The notes below the pieces were generated by a model, which worked only from the letters and a program-made list of their open reading frames with translations, had not been told where the DNA came from and made no database searches. Shown here one piece after another: positions 1 through 8,564 of a stretch of 64,000 bases of DNA. The stretch lies in assembly GCA_964446625.1 (NCBI GenBank), contig CAYUPH010000001.1, positions 6,283 through 70,282 of the forward strand. Direction: 5' to 3'. A program made the translations under genes and the position numbers. Origin of the DNA: an uncultured Candidatus Saccharibacteria bacterium (GTDB lineage: Bacteria; Patescibacteriota; Minisyncoccia; Phycocordibacterales; CAIRYW01). How positions within the stretch are numbered: the stretch's first letter is position 1; the number at the start of each line of letters is the position of its first letter.

Positions 1-535
1 GGGATCACACGAGCCACTTATCACCGAGGAACTCTTCCAGAAAGTGCAGGAGCAACTGAAGCGGGACAAGATCGTGCGCGAGAACAGAGAGTTTGCCTTC
101 ACCAAGCTCTTCACCTGCGGCATGTGCGGATCAGGGATAACGGCACAGGAAAAATACAAACTGCTTAAGGACGGCACGAACGCCAAGTACGTCTACTACT
201 CCTGCTCCAAAGCGAGGGACAGAAACTGCAAAAACAAGTACATCCGCGAGGAGGAGCTTGTCGAGGAGCTGTTCAAAATCATAGACAAGCTCAACATCAA
301 TGAGCTGGGTATGCGAATGAAACTTGAAGAAGAAATCAAGCGATTCAACCGACTGCAACGACTGGCGGTCAAAGGCAAGCCAAAGATGCAAATTGACGAG
401 GATGACATCGCCACACGCGAGTATGCGAAGTACGTCCTACGAGAAGGTACTCCGCTTGAGAAGCGCGAGCTGATGGGTCACCTGAGGTCGAGACTGGTGC
501 TGAACGACAAGAAAATTACCTTCGTAGAGGAATAG
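1..535 (+). CDS. Large serine recombinase, C-terminal part (5' end lies outside the window). The frame is open to position 1 with the HEPLITEELFQKVQ recombinase-domain motif. A Cys-rich zinc-ribbon segment follows (CGMCG...YYSCSKARDRNC).
   Basis: The ORF-track ORF 44..535 extends in frame to the window edge. Motifs are typical of the recombinase and zinc-beta-ribbon domains of large serine recombinases. Confidence 0.6.
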   Translation, partial: GSHEPLITEELFQKVQEQLKRDKIVRENREFAFTKLFTCGMCGSGITAQEKYKLLKDGTNAKYVYYSCSKARDRNCKNKYIREEELVEELFKIIDKLNINELGMRMKLEEEIKRFNRLQRLAVKGKPKMQIDEDDIATREYAKYVLREGTPLEKRELMGHLRSRLVLNDKKITFVEE

Positions 536-579
536 GGTTTTCTGGATGAGAAGAACGAATTTGTGATAAAATCAAGATT

Positions 580-1290
580 ATGAACAAAATAAAATCCGTC
601 CAATATTTTGCTCAATTTGTATCCAAGTCATCAAAGGAGCAACTTGAGATAGTGAACGACTCGAGGAAGCAGATCGAAGAGCTTATCGGCGAGGTCAAAT
701 TCTTCCTGAGCCAGGATGAAAATCAGGTTCCTGTTGCGATCAAGGATCTTGTCAGCCGACATGTGAATGAGCTGATGTCTGAGAATCTTTTCTCAAGGGT
801 GAGTGCGCTGACCAACCTGCTCAATTCAATACAGCTGCTAGAGGTTAGCGAGCAAGCCGTTTCAGAATTTGTCGAAAGGAATCAGCCTTACATAACGGAA
901 TACCTTGAGAACCTTACGAAGGTAGAGGTTACCAAGTACGCGAAGACGAAGGCAGAGCATGACGATTTTCTCGTATCGTTGCAGAACGGTAATCACAGCC
1001 CCTCCATGGTTGATGCCATTTACGAGATGGCACTATGGAAGCCGTTCAAAGAATACGTAAAGCTGATTGAGGACTGCATCAACAAGATTGCGAAGAACGA
1101 AAAGAAGGGATTTTTCTCCGAAGATTATTCTTTCAAGCCAGACGAGATATCAAATCACAATAAATGGCTGGCGCGTGTACGCGGAACTAAAAATGGCGGC
1201 ATGTGGCTTCTGGTTTACGACATGTTGTTGTCTTTCATGATGGACGTTCATGACGGCAAGGTAAGTCGGTTCAAGGAACAGAACTCCTAG
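580..1290 (+). CDS. hypothetical protein (236 aa), island-borne
   Basis: Long ORF immediately downstream of the recombinase; no recognisable motif. Confidence 0.55.
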   Translation: MNKIKSVQYFAQFVSKSSKEQLEIVNDSRKQIEELIGEVKFFLSQDENQVPVAIKDLVSRHVNELMSENLFSRVSALTNLLNSIQLLEVSEQAVSEFVERNQPYITEYLENLTKVEVTKYAKTKAEHDDFLVSLQNGNHSPSMVDAIYEMALWKPFKEYVKLIEDCINKIAKNEKKGFFSEDYSFKPDEISNHNKWLARVRGTKNGGMWLLVYDMLLSFMMDVHDGKVSRFKEQNS

Positions 1291-1300
1291 AAAACAGCGT

Positions 1301-1334
1301 CCTGTACAGGACGCTGTTTTGCTTATCTATTAGG
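1301..1334 (+). terminator. rho-independent terminator (palindrome ACAGCGTCCTGTACAGGACGCTGT followed by a T run)
   Basis: Perfect 11-bp-arm inverted repeat followed by TTTTG, directly after the 580..1290 stop. Confidence 0.5.
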
Positions 1335-1365
1335 TCGAATTTTGATAAAATGAAGCAATCAAATC

Positions 1366-1893
1366 ATGAACATATACATTTTCGTAGGAATTGTCGTCGT
1401 CCTTTTCATCGCCCTCGCCATTCTCAAGGCGTTTGTTGAGCGTGGCGAAGAACGCGAGAAGCCGAAGTACCGCTACACCCGCAAGCAGTTCTTCCTCACC
1501 CGCGCCGAGCACGAGTGCTACGATGCGCTCATTACCGCCCTTGGCGACAAGTACCACGTCTTTGCACAGGTGCATCTCCCGACGATTCTCGACAACAAGG
1601 TGAAGGGTCAGGACTGGCGTGCCGCGCTCGCGCACATCAACCGCAAGTCCGTTGACTTCGTGCTTTGCGACAAAGCCTACATCTCACCGAAGCTCGCTAT
1701 TGAGTTAGATGACAAGAGTCACGAACGACCTGACCGACAGGAGCGTGATAGAGAGGTTGAACGTATACTTGCTGACGCTGGCGTTCCACTACTTCGCATC
1801 GAGAACAAAGGTCGTTTCGATTCTGCCGACCTTGCACAGCGCATAAACGAATATGAGCAACGAAATCAAGTCACACCTCCTGATAGGCAATAA
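1366..1893 (+). CDS. membrane-anchored DUF2726-like protein (restriction-endonuclease-like fold)
   Basis: N-terminal hydrophobic helix, then VDFVLCD...IELDDKSH...RD motifs characteristic of DUF2726 / PD-(D/E)xK-like nuclease-fold proteins. Confidence 0.6.
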   Translation: MNIYIFVGIVVVLFIALAILKAFVERGEEREKPKYRYTRKQFFLTRAEHECYDALITALGDKYHVFAQVHLPTILDNKVKGQDWRAALAHINRKSVDFVLCDKAYISPKLAIELDDKSHERPDRQERDREVERILADAGVPLLRIENKGRFDSADLAQRINEYEQRNQVTPPDRQ

Positions 1894-2443
1894 ATATCTC
1901 GGATCGCTCCTGTACTTCAAGGACGCGCAGGGACGCGGCTGTCTTAAACTCTCCTTCAAGAACAAGATAACCGACATGACGAGAGGTACGGACGTGCCGA
2001 CCATGTTGCCCGTTCCTGCCAAGCGTACCGATCCAACGACTCTCGACATCTCGTACAAGTTCCAAGACAGTTTGCTCGAAGTGAAAGAGATCGTGAACGG
2101 CAAGACGGAACGGGCATTCTACAAAGTGCCGCTACCAGTATCTGGTGTACTTTTCATGATCCGAATAAAAGACTGGCAGGCACTCGATGACGACCAGCCG
2201 AAACCGAGTCCGCTTGTACTCACACCGCCGACCAACACGAACAGCGTTGTCGTCATATTTTCCTTCCTTGGAGAGAACGGTTTGCCGTTTACAGCAGGAG
2301 GATATCAGCCAGCCGAGGGGATGGGTACGATAGACCTGCCTGAAAGCCCACTCAATACGTTCTGCATCGGACTTGCCGAGGATCCAAACAACAACAGCGG
2401 GAACGGATTCGAGTTGGTGGTTCCGTTACCAAAAGCAGACTAA
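1853..2443 (+). CDS. hypothetical protein (196 aa); overlaps the upstream gene by 41 nt
   Basis: ORF with 41-nt overlap to the DUF2726 gene, suggesting translational coupling; no recognisable motif. Confidence 0.5.
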   Translation: MSNEIKSHLLIGNKYLGSLLYFKDAQGRGCLKLSFKNKITDMTRGTDVPTMLPVPAKRTDPTTLDISYKFQDSLLEVKEIVNGKTERAFYKVPLPVSGVLFMIRIKDWQALDDDQPKPSPLVLTPPTNTNSVVVIFSFLGENGLPFTAGGYQPAEGMGTIDLPESPLNTFCIGLAEDPNNNSGNGFELVVPLPKAD

Positions 2444-2454
2444 GGAGCAAAAGA

Positions 2455-2485
2455 AAAAGAGCGAACCATCGCTCTTTTTCTTACA
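2455..2485. terminator. bidirectional terminator (AGAGCGA-acca-TCGCTCT flanked by an A run and a T run)
   Basis: Hairpin with flanking A and T tracts, lying between the end of 1853..2443 and the 3' end of tRNA-Ser. Confidence 0.5.
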
Positions 2486-2563
2486 ACTGTAGCTTTGTGG
2501 GTCGCACTGCCTCGTCAGGCATACGGGTCTACAAAACTAACAGGTTGTCAATGCGGAGACGGA

Positions 2564-2650
2564 GGGATTCGAACCCTCGAGGGTTTTAAGGCCCTACCTC
2601 GTTAGCAGTGAGGCGCTTTCGGCCACTCAGCCACGTCTCCATTCGTTTAA
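2564..2650 (-). tRNA. tRNA-Ser(GCU), class II with long variable arm
   Basis: Reverse complement folds as acceptor GGAGACG/CGTCTCC, 3-bp D stem GCT/AGC, anticodon loop CUGCUAA (anticodon GCU), 18-nt variable arm, T arm GAGGG-TTCGAAT-CCCTC, discriminator G; 87 nt. Confidence 0.85.
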
Positions 2651-2814
2651 ACATTCATTCTTCTATACTCTATTAAAGGTAAGTACCGGACTTATATTTT
2701 TCCTTTTAGAAAGCACAGAAATATCCTGAAACATAGATAGACTAACATATATTTGATATTTAGAAAACCGACTCCTCCGTGGCAGGTTTTGATCGAAAGG
2801 AGTATGATTGACCT

Positions 2815-4209
2815 ATGGATATTGGAGAAGCAAGAGAAAAAGTATTTGAGAAAAGACCCGTCTTTCGTGCCATGTATGAAAAGTATGAAAACCAAAAATG
2901 GGACGCTTATATGCGCGAAAGTTATACTCCACCTAGTGACAACTCTCCTCTCTCCCCTTCACTTCTTTTATCTGTAAGCGAAATTGTAAAAGCCACACTC
3001 GGAGAAAAAGAAGTCGCTGAAGTTCTAGAGTCTCTCAAAAAAACAAAACGAGTGGACACCGCTGACCACCATGGAATTTTATGTCACCCTTTTTTTTGGA
3101 ATGTAGATGCAGCAAAAGCAAAGCCAGAAGAAGAAGTTCCTTATGACATAATTTTCTCTGTAGGAAATGTATCACCAACAAACTCGTCTTTTCCTCGCTC
3201 GATTTTTTTTCATGACCAAAACCTGTCACTCAAAAAACTAAACTACATTCCGTGGCGTAGTCGAAGAAGCGCGCTCTACTCCCTCCCTCCTTCACTAGGT
3301 GAAAATATAGCGCAAATGAAAAGAGAAGTAGCTGACACTCCTCTTAACCAAATTGCAAAGAAAAAGCTCGCGGACTTCCTTTCTGCTTTAGAAAAAGATT
3401 CTCGAATTCAAAATGCAGAGCGTCTTTCGGACGAACTTACAATTGCAACAAGTGTTTTGTGGGACAATGTTTTTGATGGAGCACGCAAGAAGATTTGTTA
3501 TATTGAAGCAGAAGAAGTGGTGCGAAGAATCATTCTCTCCCCACTTGGCGCTCCAAAGACAAAGAAAATAATTTTTGAAGAAAACTATCGTACTCTTTTT
3601 GAAAAACACTTCGAAGGAAAAATCGGCGCATGGAGTACTAAAGAACAAAAAGGCACTTTCCTATTTTGGTACGCAGGCAAATCAGAGGGTCGCGTTCCCC
3701 TTTCTCTTAAAGACAACTTTCTAGAGAATGCGAAAGCAAATATAAAAATTGAGATAACCCCAGAAAAGCTCCTTCCGCTTATTGAAAACCGCTCACTCAT
3801 TCCTTCTATGGCACTCTGTTATAGTCTTCTTTCTTTTGAAGAAGGACTAACTCTCACAGGAGGATTTTCTCAGATTCAATACTTGGGAGATATGAAAGAT
3901 GCATGGCTTCAGATTTTTCCAGAAGACAAAGAGAGGCTTTCAAAAATCCGAACAGATATTTTTAGTGGAGAGATGTCTTTTGTTGGAATCACAAACGGAA
4001 AAGAGACAAAAAACGCTACTCTTCTCGATATGCTTATTTATAGTAAAGAGGAGAAAAGAGCGAGTAAAGTATTCCAAGACGCGCTCGAAGGCACTTCTAT
4101 AGGAGAGGCGCTTAATGCTATGATGTATGAGTTCCTCGAGATGACGCTTGGAAAGTATGAGGAACTTACTGGGATAAAAGAATTAAAAACAAAACTAGAT
4201 GTCAGATAA
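2815..4209 (+). CDS. hypothetical protein (464 aa), first gene of a two-gene operon with an ATP-grasp enzyme
   Basis: SD AAGGAG about 12 nt upstream; 11-nt overlap with the downstream gene; no recognisable motif. Confidence 0.65.
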   Translation: MDIGEAREKVFEKRPVFRAMYEKYENQKWDAYMRESYTPPSDNSPLSPSLLLSVSEIVKATLGEKEVAEVLESLKKTKRVDTADHHGILCHPFFWNVDAAKAKPEEEVPYDIIFSVGNVSPTNSSFPRSIFFHDQNLSLKKLNYIPWRSRRSALYSLPPSLGENIAQMKREVADTPLNQIAKKKLADFLSALEKDSRIQNAERLSDELTIATSVLWDNVFDGARKKICYIEAEEVVRRIILSPLGAPKTKKIIFEENYRTLFEKHFEGKIGAWSTKEQKGTFLFWYAGKSEGRVPLSLKDNFLENAKANIKIEITPEKLLPLIENRSLIPSMALCYSLLSFEEGLTLTGGFSQIQYLGDMKDAWLQIFPEDKERLSKIRTDIFSGEMSFVGITNGKETKNATLLDMLIYSKEEKRASKVFQDALEGTSIGEALNAMMYEFLEMTLGKYEELTGIKELKTKLDVR

Positions 4210-5383
4210 TAATACAAACCTTTCGTGTCCCCACTGTGGTAACAATCCAGTAAACCACACTCGCGCTTTTATCATGCAAACTATTGCGGTTCCCCTTACT
4301 CCCCTAAACCGCCTTGTTGGATTTTTTGACGACTCGTTTACAAAAAACGCGATACGTATAATCCTTACTCCTTATATTCACCTTTTTATGTCGACTGGAC
4401 TCCTTGGCATGAACACAGATATAAAAAAAGCTTTTACAGAAAGATCAGAAGTAATCTGGGAAGAAGCAAAAAAGAGAAATATTGAAATGGAGCAATTTGT
4501 CATTTTTGGAAAACCTGTTGAGCAGTACCGCGCAAAAATTGATGGAAAATGGCAGTACTTTGAAAGCCTCCCCACTCCTCCTTGGTATTCAAGTAGTGCA
4601 TACAACTGGATTGACGACAAAGGAATTTTAAAAAAGAAACTAGAAGGCGCTGGTGTCGCAGTACCAAAAGGAAAAAAAGTATGGACCATGTCTAGCGCTG
4701 AAAAAGTGTTCGACAACATAAGTCACCCTGTCATTGTAAAGCCAGCTCTTGGCTCAAGAGGACGTCACACAACGACACATATATATACAAAAGAGGAACT
4801 CCGTGAAGCTTACAGGATTGCCAAAAAACTTTGTGCCTTTGTTATCGTCGAAGAAATGCTTATGGGAAGTGTATACCGAGGAACATATGTCGGAGGAGAA
4901 ATTGTAGGAATTCTTCGGGGAGATCCGCCAAGAGTCACAGGAGACGGAACAAGTAAACTCAAAACTTTGATTCAAGAGAAAAATAAAAGGAAACACCCGA
5001 AAGTAAAAGATGTAGAAGTAACTCCAAAACTCATTGAGTTTATTGGGAGACAAGGCTACACCCTTGAATCAATCCTCCCTGAAGGGAAAGTTCTCGACCT
5101 TTCAGAAAAAATTGGAATTTCGTATGGAGGATTCTCAGCAGAAATGATTCATGAAACTCACCCTAAAATCTTGGAAACCCTCAAAAAGGCAGGTGACCTA
5201 CTCAAACTTCCTATCGTTGGTTTTGATTTTATAGTGGACAACCCAACAGAGGACCCAACCGGAAAATCCTGGGGAATTATTGAGGCGAATTCTCTGCCGT
5301 TTATAAACCTCCATCATTTCCCTCTTGAAGGAGAGCCTCAAAATGCAGCAGGAAAGGTCTGGGACCTTTGGAACAAAAAGTAG
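4199..5383 (+). CDS. ATP-grasp enzyme, cyanophycin-synthetase-like N-domain plus G-domain, without a Mur-ligase domain
   Basis: N-terminal CPHCG zinc-ribbon-like motif. VIVKPALGSRGRHTTT and VTGDGTSKLKTLIQEKNK resemble the CphA ATP-grasp signatures VVKPxDGNxGRGV and IGDGxxTIxELI. Confidence 0.65.
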   Translation: MSDNNTNLSCPHCGNNPVNHTRAFIMQTIAVPLTPLNRLVGFFDDSFTKNAIRIILTPYIHLFMSTGLLGMNTDIKKAFTERSEVIWEEAKKRNIEMEQFVIFGKPVEQYRAKIDGKWQYFESLPTPPWYSSSAYNWIDDKGILKKKLEGAGVAVPKGKKVWTMSSAEKVFDNISHPVIVKPALGSRGRHTTTHIYTKEELREAYRIAKKLCAFVIVEEMLMGSVYRGTYVGGEIVGILRGDPPRVTGDGTSKLKTLIQEKNKRKHPKVKDVEVTPKLIEFIGRQGYTLESILPEGKVLDLSEKIGISYGGFSAEMIHETHPKILETLKKAGDLLKLPIVGFDFIVDNPTEDPTGKSWGIIEANSLPFINLHHFPLEGEPQNAAGKVWDLWNKK

Positions 5384-5395
5384 AGTCTCTCTTCT

Positions 5396-5431
5396 GCCCC
5401 GCGGCGCTTTGCGCCGCGGGGCTTTCCTTTT
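5396..5431 (+). terminator. rho-independent terminator (GCCCCGCGGCGC-ttt-GCGCCGCGGGGC followed by a T run)
   Basis: 12-bp GC-rich perfect hairpin followed by TTTCCTTTT, immediately after the ATP-grasp gene. Confidence 0.7.
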
Positions 5432-5462
5432 CTAATAGAGTGGAGTCATTTATAATAGAACC

Positions 5463-5849
5463 ATGAATAATACAACAAAAAACATAGTTTTTATCGTCGT
5501 TGCTTTAGTAATAATTTTAGTAGCAGTTTTTAGTCTTCAAAAAGCGGGAGGGCCCGATCCAAAAATGGATGAATTCGCATCTTGTCTCAAAGACAAAGGG
5601 GCTACTTTCTATGGCGCATTTTGGTGTCCGCACTGTAAAGAACAAAAAAGAGTGCTCGGTAACTCAAAAAATATCCCTTATGTAGAATGTTCAACACCAG
5701 ACGGACAGAGTATGACACCGGTATGTAAAGAAAAAGGAATTGAGAGTTTCCCAACTTGGGTATTTGCAGATGGAACGAGTGTAACAGGAGAAACCCCTCT
5801 TACCGACCTTGCAAGCAAAACAGGCTGTACCCTACCAACCACAAACTAA
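5463..5849 (+). CDS. membrane-anchored thioredoxin-fold protein with CPHC active site (DsbA/BdbD-like)
   Basis: N-terminal TM helix, then FWCPHCKEQ CxxC motif. Confidence 0.65.
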   Translation: MNNTTKNIVFIVVALVIILVAVFSLQKAGGPDPKMDEFASCLKDKGATFYGAFWCPHCKEQKRVLGNSKNIPYVECSTPDGQSMTPVCKEKGIESFPTWVFADGTSVTGETPLTDLASKTGCTLPTTN

Positions 5850-6388
5850 TGACAGCAGACTTTGTAAACAAAGCTATTGCACTTGGAACAATTGTAGGAC
5901 TTCTTGGTTTTGTGTTTGGACTTTTCTTTCTTTTTCAAAAAGGGAAAGTAGTCTCTTCTGACCTCGCAAAAAAATCTCTTCTTGCTTCTTTTCTGCTTTC
6001 TCTTATTGCAACCCTCGGAAGCCTTTACTACTCTGAAATCGTACACTTTCCTCCTTGCAAATTTTGCTGGCTTCAAAGAATTTTCCTTTTTCCACAAGTA
6101 ATACTTCTTGGAATCGCTTACTACAAGAAAGATTTTGGAATTGCTGTGTACTCTCTTGCTCTATCTACTATTGGCGCAGTCTTAGCGCTCAACCATTCTT
6201 TTCTTCAGCAGTTTAACTTTTCTGTTCTTCCTTGCTCTGCAAGCGGAGGGGTGTCATGTGAAAAAGTTCTTGTATCAGAATTTGGTTTTGTCACAATCCC
6301 TGTCATGAGCCTCACTGTTTTTCTTCTACTTATTCTTGGAATGCTATATGTCAGACGATACCAAAAACAAGAATCTCACTCCCTCTAG
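5849..6388 (+). CDS. DsbB/BdbC-family disulfide-bond formation membrane protein
   Basis: Four hydrophobic segments with PCKFCWLQRI (compare BdbC CVLCWYQRI) and a second Cys pair. Start ATG overlaps the upstream stop in taATG; the in-frame upstream extension is rejected. Confidence 0.6.
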   Translation: MTADFVNKAIALGTIVGLLGFVFGLFFLFQKGKVVSSDLAKKSLLASFLLSLIATLGSLYYSEIVHFPPCKFCWLQRIFLFPQVILLGIAYYKKDFGIAVYSLALSTIGAVLALNHSFLQQFNFSVLPCSASGGVSCEKVLVSEFGFVTIPVMSLTVFLLLILGMLYVRRYQKQESHSL

Positions 6389-8525
6389 TCCACTGTCGAA
6401 TATTACCCGTCTTTCTACGGAGCATAGCGCGTCCTTAAAAAGACTTGGTATCCAGACTCTTGAAGACCTGCTGTACCATTTTCCTTTTCGCTATGGCGAT
6501 AGTGCCAAATCTACAAAGATTTCTCTTCTTCGTGAAGGAGAAGAAGCTGTTCTATTTGGAAGAATATCAAAATTAGAAACAGGAAAAACCTGGCGCGGAA
6601 AAATGCCAATCTCTCGTGCGGTTTTAGAAGACGATACAGGCAAAGTAAAAGCAATCTGGTTTAATCAACCGTACCTTGCAAAAATGCTCAAAGAGGACTC
6701 TCTTGTAAAACTTGAGGGTGTGCCGGCGCTTCACGCCGGCGAATTCTCTTTTGCAAACCCTCGGATTGAACCGATTTCTAAGATTCCAGACGTTGTTGGA
6801 GAATCTCTCTTTGGCACTTCAGGTGAGTCTCTTGCCCTCTACCCTGTCTATCCTGAAACTAGAGGAGTAACATCCAATTGGATTTACCATACGGTTCAAA
6901 AAATTTTTAGTAGTGGCGTACTCGAAAAGCTTGAAGATCCAATTCCTGAGGACATACGCTCAAAATATAGCTTACCTACACTTCGCAGTGCTCTCATTTG
7001 GATACACACACCAAAAACAAAAAATGATGCCGATGCTGCCCGAAAACGCTTTGCGTTTGAAGAAATATTTTTCCTACAAATTCAAAAACAAAGAGAACGA
7101 AAAGAAAACAAAAAACTTCACGCTCTCACCTTAGAACACACAAAGAAAGACATAAAAGAATTCCTAAAGCGTTTCTCTTTTCCTCCAACAAAGTGCCAAG
7201 AAAAATCTATCGCAGAAATTCTTTCAGATTTTTCTTCTGACTCACCTATGGCTCGCCTCCTCCACGGGGACGTAGGAAGTGGTAAAACCTTAGTTGCTGC
7301 AACAACAGCCTACGCCGTAACCCAAAACACGCCCGAAGGCAGAGAGTTTGGAAACCTGCAAGTTGCCCTTATGGCACCAACGGAAATCCTTGCTCGCCAA
7401 CACTTTGATTCATTTGTAGAACTGTTTCGAGGACTTAACCTCCCAATCGCACTCCTCACAGGTGACAAGTGCAAAAAGTTTCCATCGAAGGTGGACCCTT
7501 TAGGCTCTACCGAAATCTCTAAATCTCAGCTTCTTAAGTGGGTAGAAAAAGGAGAAATTCCAATCCTTATCGGAACACATGCCCTCATTCAAAAAAAAGT
7601 GAAGTTTAAGAATCTTGCCTATGTCATTATCGACGAGCAGCACCGTTTTGGAACAAAACAAAGAAAAGAACTCGCACGAAAAGATGGGATTGTCCCTCAT
7701 CTCCTTTCTATGTCTGCAACTCCAATTCCTCGAACACTTGCCCTTACAATCTACGGAGACTTAGACATTTCTGTTCTGGATGAAATGCCACCAGGACGAA
7801 AGCCTATCACAACTCAAATTGTTATCCCTGAAAAAAGAGATAGCGTCTATGATTTTATGAAGACAAAGTTTAAAGAAGGAAGACAAGCATATGTGATCTG
7901 TCCTCGAATCAACGAACCTGACCCTCTAAAAGAAAAAGCGTTAAACACAAAGTCTGTCAAAGAAGAAGCTGCGAGACTAAAAGCAAAAGTATTTAAAGGA
8001 GAAACAATAGATATTCTCCACAGTAATCTTTCAGCAAAAGAAAAAGAGAGTGTTATGCAAAAATTTGCGAGCGGAAAAACCCGAATCCTTGTTGCAACTT
8101 CTGTTGTTGAGGTAGGAGTAAATGTACCGAACGCAACAATCATACTCATAGAAGGAGCAGAGAGGTTTGGTCTAGCCCAGCTTCACCAACTTCGTGGACG
8201 AGTGCTTCGTGGAAACTACTCCCCTTATTGTTTTGTATTTGCAGATACCAAAACAGAAAAAACAATCGAAAGGCTCAAAGCATTTGAAAACACTAGCGAT
8301 GGATTTAAGCTCGCTGAGCTCGATTTAAAACTGAGAGGTTCAGGAGAAATAGCAGGAGGAAAGCAATGGGGTGTGAGCGACCTAGGCATGGAAGCAATCA
8401 AAAACATCAAACTCGTAGAGGCAGCGCGTGAAGAAGCAAAAAAGATTGTTGCAGAAAATGAAGACGAGAAAAACAAACTTCTTAGGGAAGAAATTCAAAG
8501 AAGATCACAAATCCACACAGAATAA
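6348..8525 (+). CDS. recG: ATP-dependent DNA helicase RecG
   Basis: Wedge-domain N-terminus, helicase motifs (GDVGSGKT, DEQHRFG, LSMSATPIPRTL), about 725 aa. Confidence 0.85.
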   Translation: MSDDTKNKNLTPSSPLSNITRLSTEHSASLKRLGIQTLEDLLYHFPFRYGDSAKSTKISLLREGEEAVLFGRISKLETGKTWRGKMPISRAVLEDDTGKVKAIWFNQPYLAKMLKEDSLVKLEGVPALHAGEFSFANPRIEPISKIPDVVGESLFGTSGESLALYPVYPETRGVTSNWIYHTVQKIFSSGVLEKLEDPIPEDIRSKYSLPTLRSALIWIHTPKTKNDADAARKRFAFEEIFFLQIQKQRERKENKKLHALTLEHTKKDIKEFLKRFSFPPTKCQEKSIAEILSDFSSDSPMARLLHGDVGSGKTLVAATTAYAVTQNTPEGREFGNLQVALMAPTEILARQHFDSFVELFRGLNLPIALLTGDKCKKFPSKVDPLGSTEISKSQLLKWVEKGEIPILIGTHALIQKKVKFKNLAYVIIDEQHRFGTKQRKELARKDGIVPHLLSMSATPIPRTLALTIYGDLDISVLDEMPPGRKPITTQIVIPEKRDSVYDFMKTKFKEGRQAYVICPRINEPDPLKEKALNTKSVKEEAARLKAKVFKGETIDILHSNLSAKEKESVMQKFASGKTRILVATSVVEVGVNVPNATIILIEGAERFGLAQLHQLRGRVLRGNYSPYCFVFADTKTEKTIERLKAFENTSDGFKLAELDLKLRGSGEIAGGKQWGVSDLGMEAIKNIKLVEAAREEAKKIVAENEDEKNKLLREEIQRRSQIHTE

Positions 8526-8553
8526 AAAACTCCGCACTAGGCGGAGTTTTTTT
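8524..8553. terminator. bidirectional terminator (CTCCGC-acta-GCGGAG between an A run and a T run)
   Basis: Hairpin flanked by AAAAAA and TTTTTTT, between convergent recG and the 8565..9593 gene. Confidence 0.55.
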
Positions 8554-8564
8554 GGAAGTAAGTT

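Noticed and set aside
2753-2977. 74-aa ORF 2753..2977 overlapping the start of the 464-aa gene
   Set aside because: It is in a different frame from the long ORF, has no RBS, and is in effect superseded by the 2815 start, which has a proper SD.
5756-5848. Upstream extension of the DsbB-like ORF starting at 5756
   Set aside because: The extension overlaps the 3' end of the thioredoxin-fold gene in another frame and encodes a non-hydrophobic, Cys/Arg-rich stretch. The ATG at 5849 coincides with the stop of the upstream gene (taATG) and begins the first TM helix.
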